The notes under the pieces were generated by a model that saw only the letters and a program-made list of their open reading frames with translations, was not told where the DNA came from and searched no databases. 64,000 nt of DNA, taken from Alphaproteobacteria bacterium. GTDB taxonomy: Bacteria > Pseudomonadota > Alphaproteobacteria > UBA2966. Below are positions 19,813-30,209 of this stretch, in pieces. Positions within the stretch are counted from its first letter, which is position 1; every line of letters begins with the position of its first letter. The stretch covers positions 1,568,001 through 1,632,000 of the forward strand of contig OZ219856.1 of the NCBI GenBank assembly GCA_964291395.2, read 5' to 3'. The position numbers and the translations under genes were made by a program.

Positions 19813-20062
19813 TCAAACAATTCCTTGGGCGAATGGATGTTTCATGAAGACGACAATCACGAAGGTGCGGCTTCGATGTACCGTGTGATGACGAGTCGCG
19901 GGTGGCTACGCGCCCGCCAGGTAAATGACGATTGCGCGCTTCGGCGGTATATTTTTTGATGGGAATACAGCCTAACCGCATGAGCTGAAAATTTCAACTG
20001 AAACTATTTCAAAGCAAAATATCAGAGGTCAATTCTACCGACGCACGCGAAGAGGTATCCCG

Positions 20063-20623
20063 ATGACCGGTGGTGCACAGGAAGAACGAGAGCACCGCAG
20101 CGACGAGCGCCGCACGGACGCGGTGCTGATTGCATTGCGGAAGATCATCAGGGCGGTCGGCCTCCACTCGCGACAGGTCACGCGAGTGTGCGGTCTGACA
20201 ATCCCGCAGATCGTGGCACTCCGATCAATTCAGGAGTTGGGGGAGGTCACCTCCAGCCGCCTCGCTAACCGCATGAGCGTGAGCCTCAGCACGACAACCA
20301 CGATTCTCGATCGGCTCGAACACCGAGGTCTGGTCGAGCGTTACCGAAGCGCCACAGACCGGCGTGTGGTCCATTCGCGACTGACGCCCGAGGGAAATCT
20401 CGTACTGCAAAAGGCTCCGGCTCTTCTGCACGAGCGGTTCATCGAGTGCTTTTCGTCACTCACCACGGACGACCAGGACCGAATCCTCGAAACTCTGGGC
20501 GAGGTGGCGCGGATGTTGGGCGCCGAGGCGCTCGACGCGTCCACGGTGCTGGATGTCTCGCCAATCATTGCTCCGGGCGAGGACGAACTCTCCTCCGCCG
20601 ACCACTCCCAATCGGCGGTGTAA
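20063..20623 (+). CDS. MarR-family regulator (EctR/CosR-like)
   Basis: LIALRKIIRA..LHSR..GLTIPQ, DRLE..GLVER..DRR, ARMLGAEALDAS tail. Confidence 0.85.
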   Translation: MTGGAQEEREHRSDERRTDAVLIALRKIIRAVGLHSRQVTRVCGLTIPQIVALRSIQELGEVTSSRLANRMSVSLSTTTTILDRLEHRGLVERYRSATDRRVVHSRLTPEGNLVLQKAPALLHERFIECFSSLTTDDQDRILETLGEVARMLGAEALDASTVLDVSPIIAPGEDELSSADHSQSAV

Positions 20624-20763
20624 TCACGTTCAACATCCGGCATCGTCCGAGGAGCAGCCGGACGGCTCAACCACCCCCTTCCGGTCAGACCACGGCTCGC
20701 CATGTCATCAAGCCTCTCCAGCCCATTGAAACGCCAGGCACGGTGCCGGGGGGCGATTGACTT

Positions 20764-22218
20764 TCAGACGATTGCGCCCTGCTCCAGCAGAATCTCGCGA
20801 AGGCGGGCGGTATCCACGTCGCGAGGAGCGATTCCCTGCTTGGCAGCCATCGCGGCGGCAACCCCGGCCGCGTGACCATAGGCTTGGCAAGTGGCACCAA
20901 TCCGTGCCGATCCCGAGGCTTCACGGGTCGCGGCCAGGCAGCGGCCCGCCACCAGAAGTCCGTCGACCCGTTTCGGCACCAGACAGCGGTAGGGAACGTC
21001 GTAGTCGCCACCGTCCTTGACGTAGAGGTGGAGACGGACGTTCGGCTTCTCCGTCGACTGCACGCTCATGGGATAGGCACCGCGCGCGATGCCGTCGGGA
21101 AAACGGCGCCCCTCGGCCACGTCATCCCGCGTCAGTTCGTATTCGCCTTCGATGCGCCGGGAAGCCCGGATGGACACCTTGGGCATGCTGCCGAGAAGAT
21201 AACTGTCGGCGAACCCCGGCAGATAGCGCCGGAAGATATCGAGAATCATGCGGACCTGTTGCTGTCCTTCGAACTCGGCACGGGACCAGGCCGACCCGTC
21301 CGTCGCGTCGAACTTGATCGCCGTGGCGTTGACGTAGAGCACGTCCTTGCGGACGGGTGAGGGTGTCACCTGGACCCGGCTGCCAAGAAAACGAAGCTTG
21401 CCCCAGCCGGCCTTGTCGGTGTCGGTGATCTCCCACTCCGCCCAATCCTTCTCGGGGATGTAGTCCCGAACGATGTTTGCGAGATAGAGGTACGGGGCGT
21501 CGTAGATCGTCTCCACCTGATCGGCCATGATCTTCTCCGGCGTCAGGCCGGGGATCGTCTGAAAATAGGGATCCTCGAGGAGAGTCATCTTGTGGGGTTC
21601 GCGACGGATGTCGGCGATAAAGGCGTCGGTATCGACAGAGGCGATGCGAAACATCAGGGTGGCGTTGAGCGCCGTCTCGGGCGTGTCCTGACGGATCGTG
21701 ACGCCCGCCCGCGCCGCCACGTCGGCATCGCCCGTCGAGTCGATCACGACCTTGGCCGTCAGCCGCTGCATGCCCGACTTGTTGTGGATGACGACCCCCG
21801 TAACGGTTTCATCATCCATGATCGGATCTACAAAGACCGAATGGAGGTACATCTCGACCCCCGCCTCGTCCATCATCTCCAGCAGGACGAGCTTCATGAC
21901 GTCCGACTCCAGGGGCGTGAACGTGCCGCAAATTCCCGAGGGATTGGGCAGATGGCCACCCTGCATCGCGCCGCCCGCCGCGACCATACGGTCGACGATC
22001 TCCTGCGCGATACCGCGAACGATCGGCTCCTTGCGATTGTTGTGAAACGAGATCGAATTACCCAATTCGAACGCCGTGCCACCCGGATGACCGAAGCGTT
22101 CGACGAGGGCCGTGCGAGCGCCCGCGCGCGGCGCGGCGAGCGCCGCGTTCATGCCGGCGCTCCCCCCGCCGACCACAATCACGTCATAAGCTTGATCCGT
22201 CATCCCGCCCCCGGTCAT
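20764..22218 (-). CDS. FAD-dependent oxidoreductase
   Basis: DVIVVGGGSAG, VIDSTGDAD, SRRIEGEY, YDVPYRCLVP..LLVAGRC. Confidence 0.88.
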   Translation of the reverse strand: MTGGGMTDQAYDVIVVGGGSAGMNAALAAPRAGARTALVERFGHPGGTAFELGNSISFHNNRKEPIVRGIAQEIVDRMVAAGGAMQGGHLPNPSGICGTFTPLESDVMKLVLLEMMDEAGVEMYLHSVFVDPIMDDETVTGVVIHNKSGMQRLTAKVVIDSTGDADVAARAGVTIRQDTPETALNATLMFRIASVDTDAFIADIRREPHKMTLLEDPYFQTIPGLTPEKIMADQVETIYDAPYLYLANIVRDYIPEKDWAEWEITDTDKAGWGKLRFLGSRVQVTPSPVRKDVLYVNATAIKFDATDGSAWSRAEFEGQQQVRMILDIFRRYLPGFADSYLLGSMPKVSIRASRRIEGEYELTRDDVAEGRRFPDGIARGAYPMSVQSTEKPNVRLHLYVKDGGDYDVPYRCLVPKRVDGLLVAGRCLAATREASGSARIGATCQAYGHAAGVAAAMAAKQGIAPRDVDTARLREILLEQGAIV

Positions 22219-22605
22219 GTTTGCCCTCTCCACAGCGCGCGTCCGCCAGCCCTGCGCCCAACCCGCGAGTTTAACACGGAATTTTGAAGATCGTTGATTA
22301 TCAATGCGTTACGGGTCAATGATTCCGCGTAGGGTACTACATTCCGCCTTCTTTCGACGCATCCGGGGGACATAGTAGCCGTCAACGGCCGCGGACCGTC
22401 CAACAATCCCGTCCATCAACTTGTATCGGATTGCCCTATGCTCTTCCTCTTTCCGGATAGGCAGCGCCCAATCTCCGCTCCACCACGGCGCATCGGCGGA
22501 ATACACGTGCCCAGAACGCGGCAGATTGCCTACCGGTCGGTATTGGAGCACGATCAACCCTGTCGAAGGAGCTCGAATGGAGAACCCCACCCAAAGGAAA
22601 ATTCC

Positions 22606-23367
22606 ATGCTGACGCCTGAAGAGGTCGCGCAGTACCACGAGACGGGTCAGGTGACACCGGCATTGCGGCTCGACCTCGACGTCATCTCTGCCATCGAGGA
22701 GAAGGTGGAAGCGCTGTTCGCAAAACGGACGGATTTCGCGGAACTCGACCTCGCCGACAGTCTGGTCGAAGTCGACCGAAGCTGGATCGAGTTCGGGAAG
22801 ATTCCAGAGATCCTAGACAGCGTCGAACAGCTGCTCGGCGAAAACCTCATCGTCTGGGCGATGGAGTGTTTCCGCAAGAAAGGCGAGCGCAGCAAGGCCG
22901 TTCCCTGGCATCAGGACGGCTGCTACTGGCCCATCCGGCCGCTCGAGTCATGCACGGTGTGGATCGCCTTAGACCATGTGACACCCGAGAACGGCTGCAT
23001 GCGTATCATTCCCGGATCACACAAGGGCCGGCGGTTGTTGACGCATGGGATCACCGAAGGCGATCACGTCAACCTGAGGCAGACCGTCGCCGCAGACGAG
23101 ATGCCCGATGTCGAGGCGGTCGATATCGTGCTCGAGCCCGGCATGATGTCCTTTCACGACGTCTACACGGTTCATGGTTCCGCGCCGAACAATTCCGGGA
23201 CGCGGCGCGCCGGTCTGTCGGTTCGCTATATGCCGTCGAGCTCATACTACGACCGGCAGCTCGCCCTCGAACTCGGCGGCTCGCCCAAGAATGCAGTCCA
23301 CGAGCTCCATCTGGTTCGCGGCATCGACGAATGCGGCCGGAACGATATCTGGCGGCCAGCCGCCTGA
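22606..23367 (+). CDS. Phytanoyl-CoA dioxygenase-family Fe(II)/2OG enzyme
   Basis: WHQD, VWIALD..NGCMRIIPGSH, HGSAPN..RR. Confidence 0.88.
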   Translation: MLTPEEVAQYHETGQVTPALRLDLDVISAIEEKVEALFAKRTDFAELDLADSLVEVDRSWIEFGKIPEILDSVEQLLGENLIVWAMECFRKKGERSKAVPWHQDGCYWPIRPLESCTVWIALDHVTPENGCMRIIPGSHKGRRLLTHGITEGDHVNLRQTVAADEMPDVEAVDIVLEPGMMSFHDVYTVHGSAPNNSGTRRAGLSVRYMPSSSYYDRQLALELGGSPKNAVHELHLVRGIDECGRNDIWRPAA

Positions 23368-23379
23368 GCGGTGTCGGTC

Positions 23380-23470
23380 AGCAGGCTTCTGAAAAAACCG
23401 CCCCGTGCGGGTGATTTGGCGGTTGAAGCTCTTCATCGACGCCCGGGCCTCGATCAGCGTGCCGCCCACC
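23380..23470 (-). mobile_element. IS5-family remnant (terminal IR plus short transposase fragment)
   Basis: agcaggcttctgaaaaa IR-like end; minus strand GTLIEARASMKSF resembles the DGTLIEAWASxKSF transposase motif. Confidence 0.55.
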
Positions 23471-23477
23471 CTGACGG

Positions 23478-24404
23478 TCAGCGTACGCCCATGCGCCGCT
23501 CCTTGGCGCGGACGAGCGCACTCACGACATCGTTATATGGTGTCGCAACCCCCACGGCCCGTCCCTCCCGCGGAATCGCGCCGTTGATGACATCAATCTC
23601 CGAAGCGCGGCCCGCCAAGAGATCGAGGAGCATGGAGGGGGTCGCATTCGGGATTTTCTCGCCAAAGCCGCGGACATAGGCCACCGGATCGTCGATATCG
23701 ACGGCAATGTGCTTGGCCTTGGCGACGTTGAAGGCTTCCGTCGCGCATCCGGAAGCGACGGTCCAAGCGTCCGGGTCTTCCATTACTTCTCCGACGGACC
23801 GCTCGGTAATCGTGCAGGTACCCGAGTAGCAGACGTTGCAGATCAGCTTTTCCCAAACGAGCTGATCGATGTCGTCGAACGTGCGGACGTTGAACCCGGC
23901 ATGCCTCCACACGCCGGCGATCTCTTCGAGGGCCAGCGTCACGGGAGAGCCTCGGTTGCCGAGACGGATCAGCTCCATACCGTTGTGGTGGGCCAGGCCC
24001 GGGCCCCGGATCGAGGCGCCGAACCCCTCCGCCACGCCGATGACGATCGGTGCGGCGCCCAAGGCCTCGGCCGCCTGGTCGGGGCCGCCCAATCCGTTCT
24101 GAATGGAGATCACGTGGGCACCCTCACCAAGGAGCGGCGGCACGCCTTTGGCCGCCGCGGCGACATGCATCGCCTTGGTAGCGAGGATGACCAGATCGCA
24201 AGGACCAACATCCGACGGTGTCGTCGTTGCGTTCAGAGGAATGGTTCGATCCCCGCTGACGCCCTCCAGCCGTAAACCGCACGTCCGAATGGCGTCGATA
24301 TGCTCGACCCACCGGTCAACGGCCCAGACCTCATGTCCCGCTTCCGACAGCAACCCCGCGTAGATACACCCCATGGCGCCGCAGCCGACGACGGCGATTT
24401 TCAT
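23478..24404 (-). CDS. 2-dehydropantoate 2-reductase (PanE/ApbA family)
   Basis: GCGAMG, LATK, QNGLG, WEKL..N, SMLLD..GR..EID..NG. Confidence 0.88.
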   Translation of the reverse strand: MKIAVVGCGAMGCIYAGLLSEAGHEVWAVDRWVEHIDAIRTCGLRLEGVSGDRTIPLNATTTPSDVGPCDLVILATKAMHVAAAAKGVPPLLGEGAHVISIQNGLGGPDQAAEALGAAPIVIGVAEGFGASIRGPGLAHHNGMELIRLGNRGSPVTLALEEIAGVWRHAGFNVRTFDDIDQLVWEKLICNVCYSGTCTITERSVGEVMEDPDAWTVASGCATEAFNVAKAKHIAVDIDDPVAYVRGFGEKIPNATPSMLLDLLAGRASEIDVINGAIPREGRAVGVATPYNDVVSALVRAKERRMGVR

Positions 24405-24564
24405 GTCACTATCCTGGTTCCCGTTCCGTTCAACTTGATTTATTCAGTCAACTGAAAAAGGGGAGAGGTAATCCACAGCTCCCCCGCGTCTTCACCATGC
24501 CGGCACTGCCTGAAGTACGCCGCCAATGCCTGGCGCGCCGGAGGTTGTCCACGAGGCCGTTCGC

Positions 24565-25503
24565 TCAGGCCGCGGTCGCCTTGGGCAGGCGCATCCACCC
24601 ATATCCCTCATGACCGAACGAGAAGCATTCCGGATGCAGCATCTCGGCCATCATCTCCAGCGAGTCCTCGAGCCTCGGGCCAGGTCGGTTGAAGTAGGCG
24701 TTCCCGTCGGTGACGTAGGTCCGCCCTTCCCTCACCGCCCGAAGGCTCAGCCAACGGGTGTGCTCGGAGAGCAGGTCCGCCTCCTCGCGCGTGCGGTCGA
24801 GGTCGTAGCCGCAGGGCATCAGGACGATCACGTCGGGATCGGCGTCCATGAGAGATTCCCATTCCAACCACGGCGAATGTTCACCGGCATCCCCGAACAG
24901 GTTCTCGCCGCCCGCCGCACTGACGAATTCCGGAATCCAGTTGCCGGCAGCCATCAAGGGGTCCGTCCACTCGATACAGGCAACGCGCGGGCGGTGGTCG
25001 AGTCCCGCCGCACGCTCGGAGATCTCGGCAAAACGGCCTTGCATCCGGTCGACGACGTCGGCTCCGGCTTCGACGGCGTCGAGCGCCCCGGCGACCCGGC
25101 GGATGTCGTCATAGACGTCTGCCGTGGAGGCCGCGGTGAGCGTGACGATAGAGATGTCGCTGCCGACCCAGTCACGGAGCGCGGCCTGGACATCGGGCAG
25201 CGAAACGGCACACACCTCGCACTGGTCCTGCGTCACGACGATCTCGGGCGACACACGCTTCAGCGTATCGATCAATACTTCATAAACCGATAGAGCTTCC
25301 CTAACTATCTCTTTGACTTTTAGGTCGATTTCAAGGCTGCTTCCATCCAGTTTCACGCGGGGCCGGGTGCAGACCGGAAGCGCTTCGATACCAGATGGAA
25401 AATCACACTCGTGGGAGCGGCCGACCAACGCGTTCCGGTGTCCCAGGGCGGAAACGATCTCCGTGGCGCTGGGGAGCAACGAGACGATCCGAGGTGATGT
25501 CAT
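24565..25503 (-). CDS. BtuF-like/cobalamin-binding protein family, no signal peptide
   Basis: RIVSLLPSATEI, GRSHECDFP, TQDQCEVCAV, FNRPGPRL. Confidence 0.8.
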   Translation of the reverse strand: MTSPRIVSLLPSATEIVSALGHRNALVGRSHECDFPSGIEALPVCTRPRVKLDGSSLEIDLKVKEIVREALSVYEVLIDTLKRVSPEIVVTQDQCEVCAVSLPDVQAALRDWVGSDISIVTLTAASTADVYDDIRRVAGALDAVEAGADVVDRMQGRFAEISERAAGLDHRPRVACIEWTDPLMAAGNWIPEFVSAAGGENLFGDAGEHSPWLEWESLMDADPDVIVLMPCGYDLDRTREEADLLSEHTRWLSLRAVREGRTYVTDGNAYFNRPGPRLEDSLEMMAEMLHPECFSFGHEGYGWMRLPKATAA

Positions 25504-25645
25504 GAAGGCCCTACGTGCAGTCAAGGCAGGCGACGGGTATCGGCAAAACGTAGACAACGATGGTATTGGTTCCGTGGCCGATTTGCGACATGTTCCGCGA
25601 AGTTAGACGGCGCGCCGTGCGAGTCAATCCGGGTCTGCTCTCATC

Positions 25646-26383
25646 ATGGATCTTAAGCGGGAAGACATCCTCGAGGGGCGCATCGAAGAAGCCGCGATGG
25701 AGGCGGAACGCCTCGGCCTTTTCCGCCGCATGACACCCGACGAGCGCCTGCAGTCGAAGCGCGACATCCTCTCCATCCTTCCCGCGGGCGAGGACGTGTG
25801 GCTGTTCGGATACGGCTCCCTCATGTGGAATCCCATCATCCACTACCTGGAACGCCGACCCGGGCACATCTTCGGCTATCACCGGTCCTATTGCCTGCGT
25901 ACCGCCATGGGACGGGGCACGCCGGAGCGTCCCGGTCTGACGCTCGGCCTGGAACGCGGCGGATCCTGCCGAGGACTCCTGTTCCGAATCGCGGGAGACA
26001 TCGCCGAGAACGAACTCGACTTCGTGTGGAACCGCGAGATGATCAGCCGGGCCTACACGCCTCGACTGGTGACCGCACACGCCGGCGGCGACGCGGTCCG
26101 CGCCATCGCCTTCGTCATCAACACCCGACACGAAGGATACGCCGGCAAACTGACGATGGGGGAAACGGCGGACGCCGTTGCGAAGGCGCACGGCCCCCTG
26201 GGCCGTTGCAGCGAATACCTCGAGAATACCGTCCTGCACCTGGATGAACTCGGGATCGCGGACGGCCCCATGCACAAGCTGTTGGCGTGCGTCCGCGCCC
26301 GGATGGCGGAACTCGGCATCGACATGAAATCCGCACCCACCGAAAACGGCTCTCGATGGCTTCGCGGGACCGGCAGTCGGTAA
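25646..26383 (+). CDS. ChaC-family gamma-glutamylcyclotransferase
   Basis: WLFGYGSLMWNP, GRGTPERPGL, WNREM. Confidence 0.9.
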   Translation: MDLKREDILEGRIEEAAMEAERLGLFRRMTPDERLQSKRDILSILPAGEDVWLFGYGSLMWNPIIHYLERRPGHIFGYHRSYCLRTAMGRGTPERPGLTLGLERGGSCRGLLFRIAGDIAENELDFVWNREMISRAYTPRLVTAHAGGDAVRAIAFVINTRHEGYAGKLTMGETADAVAKAHGPLGRCSEYLENTVLHLDELGIADGPMHKLLACVRARMAELGIDMKSAPTENGSRWLRGTGSR

Positions 26384-27678
26384 ACGCGCTCGCCGACCTC
26401 GTCCGGCTGCCGGCCCATGAGGCGGCGGCGATGATCGCCGCCGGACGCTTGAGTTCGGAGGCGTTGGTATCGGCCTGCGTCGAACGGATCGCGGACCGAG
26501 ACGATGAAATCCGGGCATTCGCTCACTTCGATCCGGACCACGCCCTCGATCAGGCCCGTGCCCGTGACCGACGGGCTCCCGAGGGCCCGCTTCATGGCCT
26601 GCCGTTGGCGGTCAAGGACACGATCGATACCGAGGACTTCGCGACGGAATTCAATTCCCCCATTCATGCGGGGTCCCGCCCCGGCCGGGATGCCGCCTGC
26701 GTGGCGATCGCCCGTCACGCGGGCGCGGTGATCATCGGCAAGACCGCGACGGTCGAGTTCGCCGCGGGCGGCCGCAATCCCGATACCCGCAATCCGCACC
26801 ATCCGGCCCACGGCCCCGGCGGGTCGTCCAACGGTTCGGCGGCGAGCGTCGCCGACTTCATGGTTCCCCTGGCGCTGGGAACGCAGACGGGTGGATCCAT
26901 GATCCGGCCCGCCTCCTTTTGCGGCGTCTACGCCATGAAACCGACCTGGGGCGCGGTCAGCGTCAACGGAATCCGGATCAATTGCCCGAGTCTGGACAGC
27001 GTGGGCTGGTACGGCCGGGATGTCGGCGACCTCGCCTTGCTGGCGTCGCTCTACGAAATACCGGGCACGACCGATATCCCTGCCATGGAACCGGACGATC
27101 TGCGGATCGGCGTGTGCCGGTCTCCCGTTTGGGATCGGGCGAGCCCGGCTTCGCAAGCCGCGCTCGAGGAGGCGGCGTCGAGGCTGGAACGCGCCGGCGT
27201 GCGAACCGTGCCCCTGGCATTGCCCGAGGAATTTCAAGCCCTCCCCGATGCGGTGGCCACGATGATGCGAGGAGACGCGCGCGTCGCGTTCCTCCAAGAG
27301 TACTGGGCGGATCCGAACGGTCTGCACGACGATTTCAGGACCGACGTGGAAAACCGGCGTCAGCTGACGCCCCAGGACTTGACCCGGGCGTACGACACCG
27401 CGGCTGGTTGCCGGGCCGCCTTCGCGAGGGTCGTCGCCGACGTGGATGCCCTGATAACCCCGAGCGCGCCGGGCGAGGCGGTAATGTTCGAAGAAGGTCA
27501 CGGCGACCCCGCATTCAACGTCATCTGGAGCGCCCTGCACGCACCGGTCATCAACCTGCCCGGCTTGACCGGACCGCAAGGCCTGCCCGTGGGCATTTCA
27601 CTCGTGGGTTCCCGCTACGCCGACGGTCGGTTGCTCGGCATTGCCGAGGCCGTGGCGGAACTGATCGACGCCGGGTGA
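26356..27678 (+). CDS. Amidase-signature family enzyme
   Basis: GPLHGLPLAVKD, PGGSSNGSA, GTQTGGSMIRPASFCG. Confidence 0.92.
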   Translation: MASRDRQSVNALADLVRLPAHEAAAMIAAGRLSSEALVSACVERIADRDDEIRAFAHFDPDHALDQARARDRRAPEGPLHGLPLAVKDTIDTEDFATEFNSPIHAGSRPGRDAACVAIARHAGAVIIGKTATVEFAAGGRNPDTRNPHHPAHGPGGSSNGSAASVADFMVPLALGTQTGGSMIRPASFCGVYAMKPTWGAVSVNGIRINCPSLDSVGWYGRDVGDLALLASLYEIPGTTDIPAMEPDDLRIGVCRSPVWDRASPASQAALEEAASRLERAGVRTVPLALPEEFQALPDAVATMMRGDARVAFLQEYWADPNGLHDDFRTDVENRRQLTPQDLTRAYDTAAGCRAAFARVVADVDALITPSAPGEAVMFEEGHGDPAFNVIWSALHAPVINLPGLTGPQGLPVGISLVGSRYADGRLLGIAEAVAELIDAG

Positions 27679-27764
27679 AACGTCGCGGCCCCGGACGGGC
27701 GAAGACAATCCGCCAGGTTCTGCGCTACAGTGGCCGGATACCGCAGCATTGGGGAGACCCGTCC

Positions 27765-28163
27765 ATGGCAATCAAGGAAGCTGAAGACGTCACCGCCGAC
27801 CGGCAAACGGCCTCCATCGCCGAGCTCATGCAGCGGTACTTCGAGGCCATCCATGACGGGGACGTGCCCGCGCTGCGCGAGATCTTCCACCCCGAGAACC
27901 GTCTGGCGGGTCTGCGGGGCGACGAGGAACGATTTTCCTCGCTCGAGCAGTTCCTGGCCCGGGTCGAGAATCGGCCCAAACAGGACGCGTTCAACTACCG
28001 ATTGTTGTCGGTCGACCGTTCGGGCCGCGCCGGGGTCGCCAAGATCGCGTACCGCTATCACGGGGTCGATTTCGTCGATTACATGGCTGTCCTGGAACTG
28101 GACGGCCGGTGGCGAATCGTCGCCAAGTCCTTTGACGGTTATTACGTGTCCGAGGACGAGTAG
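27765..28163 (+). CDS. NTF2-like (putative lumazine-binding family) protein
   Basis: YFEAIHDGD..L..IFHP, FVDYM..DGRWRIVAK; GGAG RBS. Confidence 0.75.
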   Translation: MAIKEAEDVTADRQTASIAELMQRYFEAIHDGDVPALREIFHPENRLAGLRGDEERFSSLEQFLARVENRPKQDAFNYRLLSVDRSGRAGVAKIAYRYHGVDFVDYMAVLELDGRWRIVAKSFDGYYVSEDE

Positions 28164-28201
28164 CCCGTGACCGGTTGGGCCCCGCAAGCCTTTAGGAAAG
28201 C

Positions 28202-29320
28202 ATGATGAGCGTCCAGGAACGCATCGACGCCATTCCCGACCTCGATGCACCGGCGTGGTGGCCCGACGGCTCTCCGCCCATGCCCGGCCGCGAAGTGACC
28301 GGCCCCCAAGCCTGGTACGGCGCGGACATGGCGAAGACGGACGAATGGATCTACACGCTCTCACCCGCAGAGATTTCCGAGATCGACACGGCGTTGGAGG
28401 GCGTGAAGGACAGAGCCGACGATCTACTGAACGTCACCAAGGAAGACTTCCCGCTTCCGACGTTCGGGCCGGTCATCGAAGATCTGCGCCATGAGATCCT
28501 GTTCGGCCGGGGTTTCACGCTGATTCGGGGCCTCGAGATCGAGCGCTACACGAAGCGCGAGGCCGCCGTGATCTTCTGGGGCGTCGGCCGACATTTCGGA
28601 GAGCCCCGCTCGCAGAACGGCAAGGGCCATCTGCTGGGACACGTACACGACCTGGGAAACGACGTCGGGAATCCCGGTCACCGGGGCTATCAGACGACGA
28701 TCGAACTCACCCACCACACCGATTCGACCGACATCGCCGGTCTGATGTGCCTGCGACCCGCCAAATCCGGCGGAGAGAGCAGCCTGGTCAGCTCGACGAC
28801 CATCCACAACGAGATGTTGCGTCGGCGCCCCGACCTGGTCGAGGAATTGTTCAAACCATTCCATGTCGACCGCCGGGAAGAGATTCCCGAAGGCAAGCTC
28901 CCCTATTACCTCATGCCCGTGTTCAACTGGCATCAAGGCAAGCTTTCCGGATTCTACTCCTGGCTTCAGGTCGAGATCGCCTCGCGGCATCCCGGCGTGC
29001 CGGCGTTGACGGACAAGCAGCGAGAGGCCGCCGCGATGATCCACGAACTCGCCTGGGAACCGCGGATCAATCTCATGACGAGCTTCAAGCCCGGCGACAT
29101 GCAGCTCGTGCATAACCACACGATATTTCATTCTCGGACGGCCTACGACGACTGGGACGAGCCGGACAGGAAACGCCACCTGCTGCGGCTCTGGCTCTGT
29201 CCGCCGGTCGCCCGCGAGCTGCCCGTTCAATTTACCGGTCGCTATGGGGGGATCGCGGTTGGAGACAGGGGCGGGATCAGGGTTCCCGGCGTGCCGTTGA
29301 AGGCACCGCTGGACCCGTAA
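28202..29320 (+). CDS. TauD/TfdA-family Fe(II)/2OG dioxygenase
   Basis: HTD, GGES.LVS, HNHTIFHSRTAY, RHLLRLWL. Confidence 0.9.
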   Translation: MMSVQERIDAIPDLDAPAWWPDGSPPMPGREVTGPQAWYGADMAKTDEWIYTLSPAEISEIDTALEGVKDRADDLLNVTKEDFPLPTFGPVIEDLRHEILFGRGFTLIRGLEIERYTKREAAVIFWGVGRHFGEPRSQNGKGHLLGHVHDLGNDVGNPGHRGYQTTIELTHHTDSTDIAGLMCLRPAKSGGESSLVSSTTIHNEMLRRRPDLVEELFKPFHVDRREEIPEGKLPYYLMPVFNWHQGKLSGFYSWLQVEIASRHPGVPALTDKQREAAAMIHELAWEPRINLMTSFKPGDMQLVHNHTIFHSRTAYDDWDEPDRKRHLLRLWLCPPVARELPVQFTGRYGGIAVGDRGGIRVPGVPLKAPLDP

Positions 29321-29412
29321 GACCGTCAGCAGACCTCGTCCAGGTCTCGCCCGTGAAGGCCGCCTGCGAGATTGCCTTCGTGCCTCGGTGCCTTCGTGAT
29401 TGACGGTACGCG

Positions 29413-30183
29413 CTACTGGATGATCTGACCGCCGTCGACGACGAGCTCGGCGCCATTCACGAAACTCGCTTCGTCCGAGGCCAGATAGCACACCGCGTTG
29501 GCGATGTCCTCGGCCTGTCCGAGACGTCCCAGGGGAATCCTCCGGCGGCGTTCCTCCCGTCCCTGCTCGGGATCGTCGAAGATGAAATTGAGAACCGTTT
29601 CGCCCATCGCCGTTTCGATGATGCCCGGGTGGACCGAATTGCAGCGAATTCCGTAACCCTGCTTCCCGCAGTAGGCGGCCACGGACTTGGTAAGCTGCCG
29701 GACGGCACCTTTGCTCGCCCCGTACGGGACGAGCGCGGGAACCGCATAGATGCCGGCGATCGAGGACAGGTTGACGATCGCGCCACCACGATCCTTCATC
29801 GCCCTGATGGCGTGTTTGCAGCCCAAAAGGACGCCGTCGACATTGACCTTGCTGATGGCGTGCACTTCGTCCAGCGACAGATCTTCCGGGCTTTGCGGCG
29901 CGCCGGTACCGAGGATGCCGGCATTGTTGACCAGGATGTCGACCTTGCCGAAGCGATCGACGGTCTCCTTCATGACGGTTTCCCATTCGCTCTCGTCCGT
30001 CACGTCGTGGCCGAGGAATACGGCGCTCTCGCCAATCTCTTCGGCGACCCCGCGACCCGCGTTCGCGTTGACGTCCGTCACCACGACGGTCGCCCCCTCC
30101 GCCGCGAATTTCTTGGCCGTCGCTTTTCCGATACCCAATCCTCCGCCGGTGACGATCGCCACCTTGTCCGCCAGACGCGCCAT
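29413..30183 (-). CDS. Short-chain dehydrogenase/reductase
   Basis: TGGGLGIG, NNAG, YGASK, NSVHPG. Confidence 0.93.
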   Translation of the reverse strand: MARLADKVAIVTGGGLGIGKATAKKFAAEGATVVVTDVNANAGRGVAEEIGESAVFLGHDVTDESEWETVMKETVDRFGKVDILVNNAGILGTGAPQSPEDLSLDEVHAISKVNVDGVLLGCKHAIRAMKDRGGAIVNLSSIAGIYAVPALVPYGASKGAVRQLTKSVAAYCGKQGYGIRCNSVHPGIIETAMGETVLNFIFDDPEQGREERRRRIPLGRLGQAEDIANAVCYLASDEASFVNGAELVVDGGQIIQ

Positions 30184-30209
30184 GATCCCGTTCTCCCTCT
30201 CTTGTCGAT

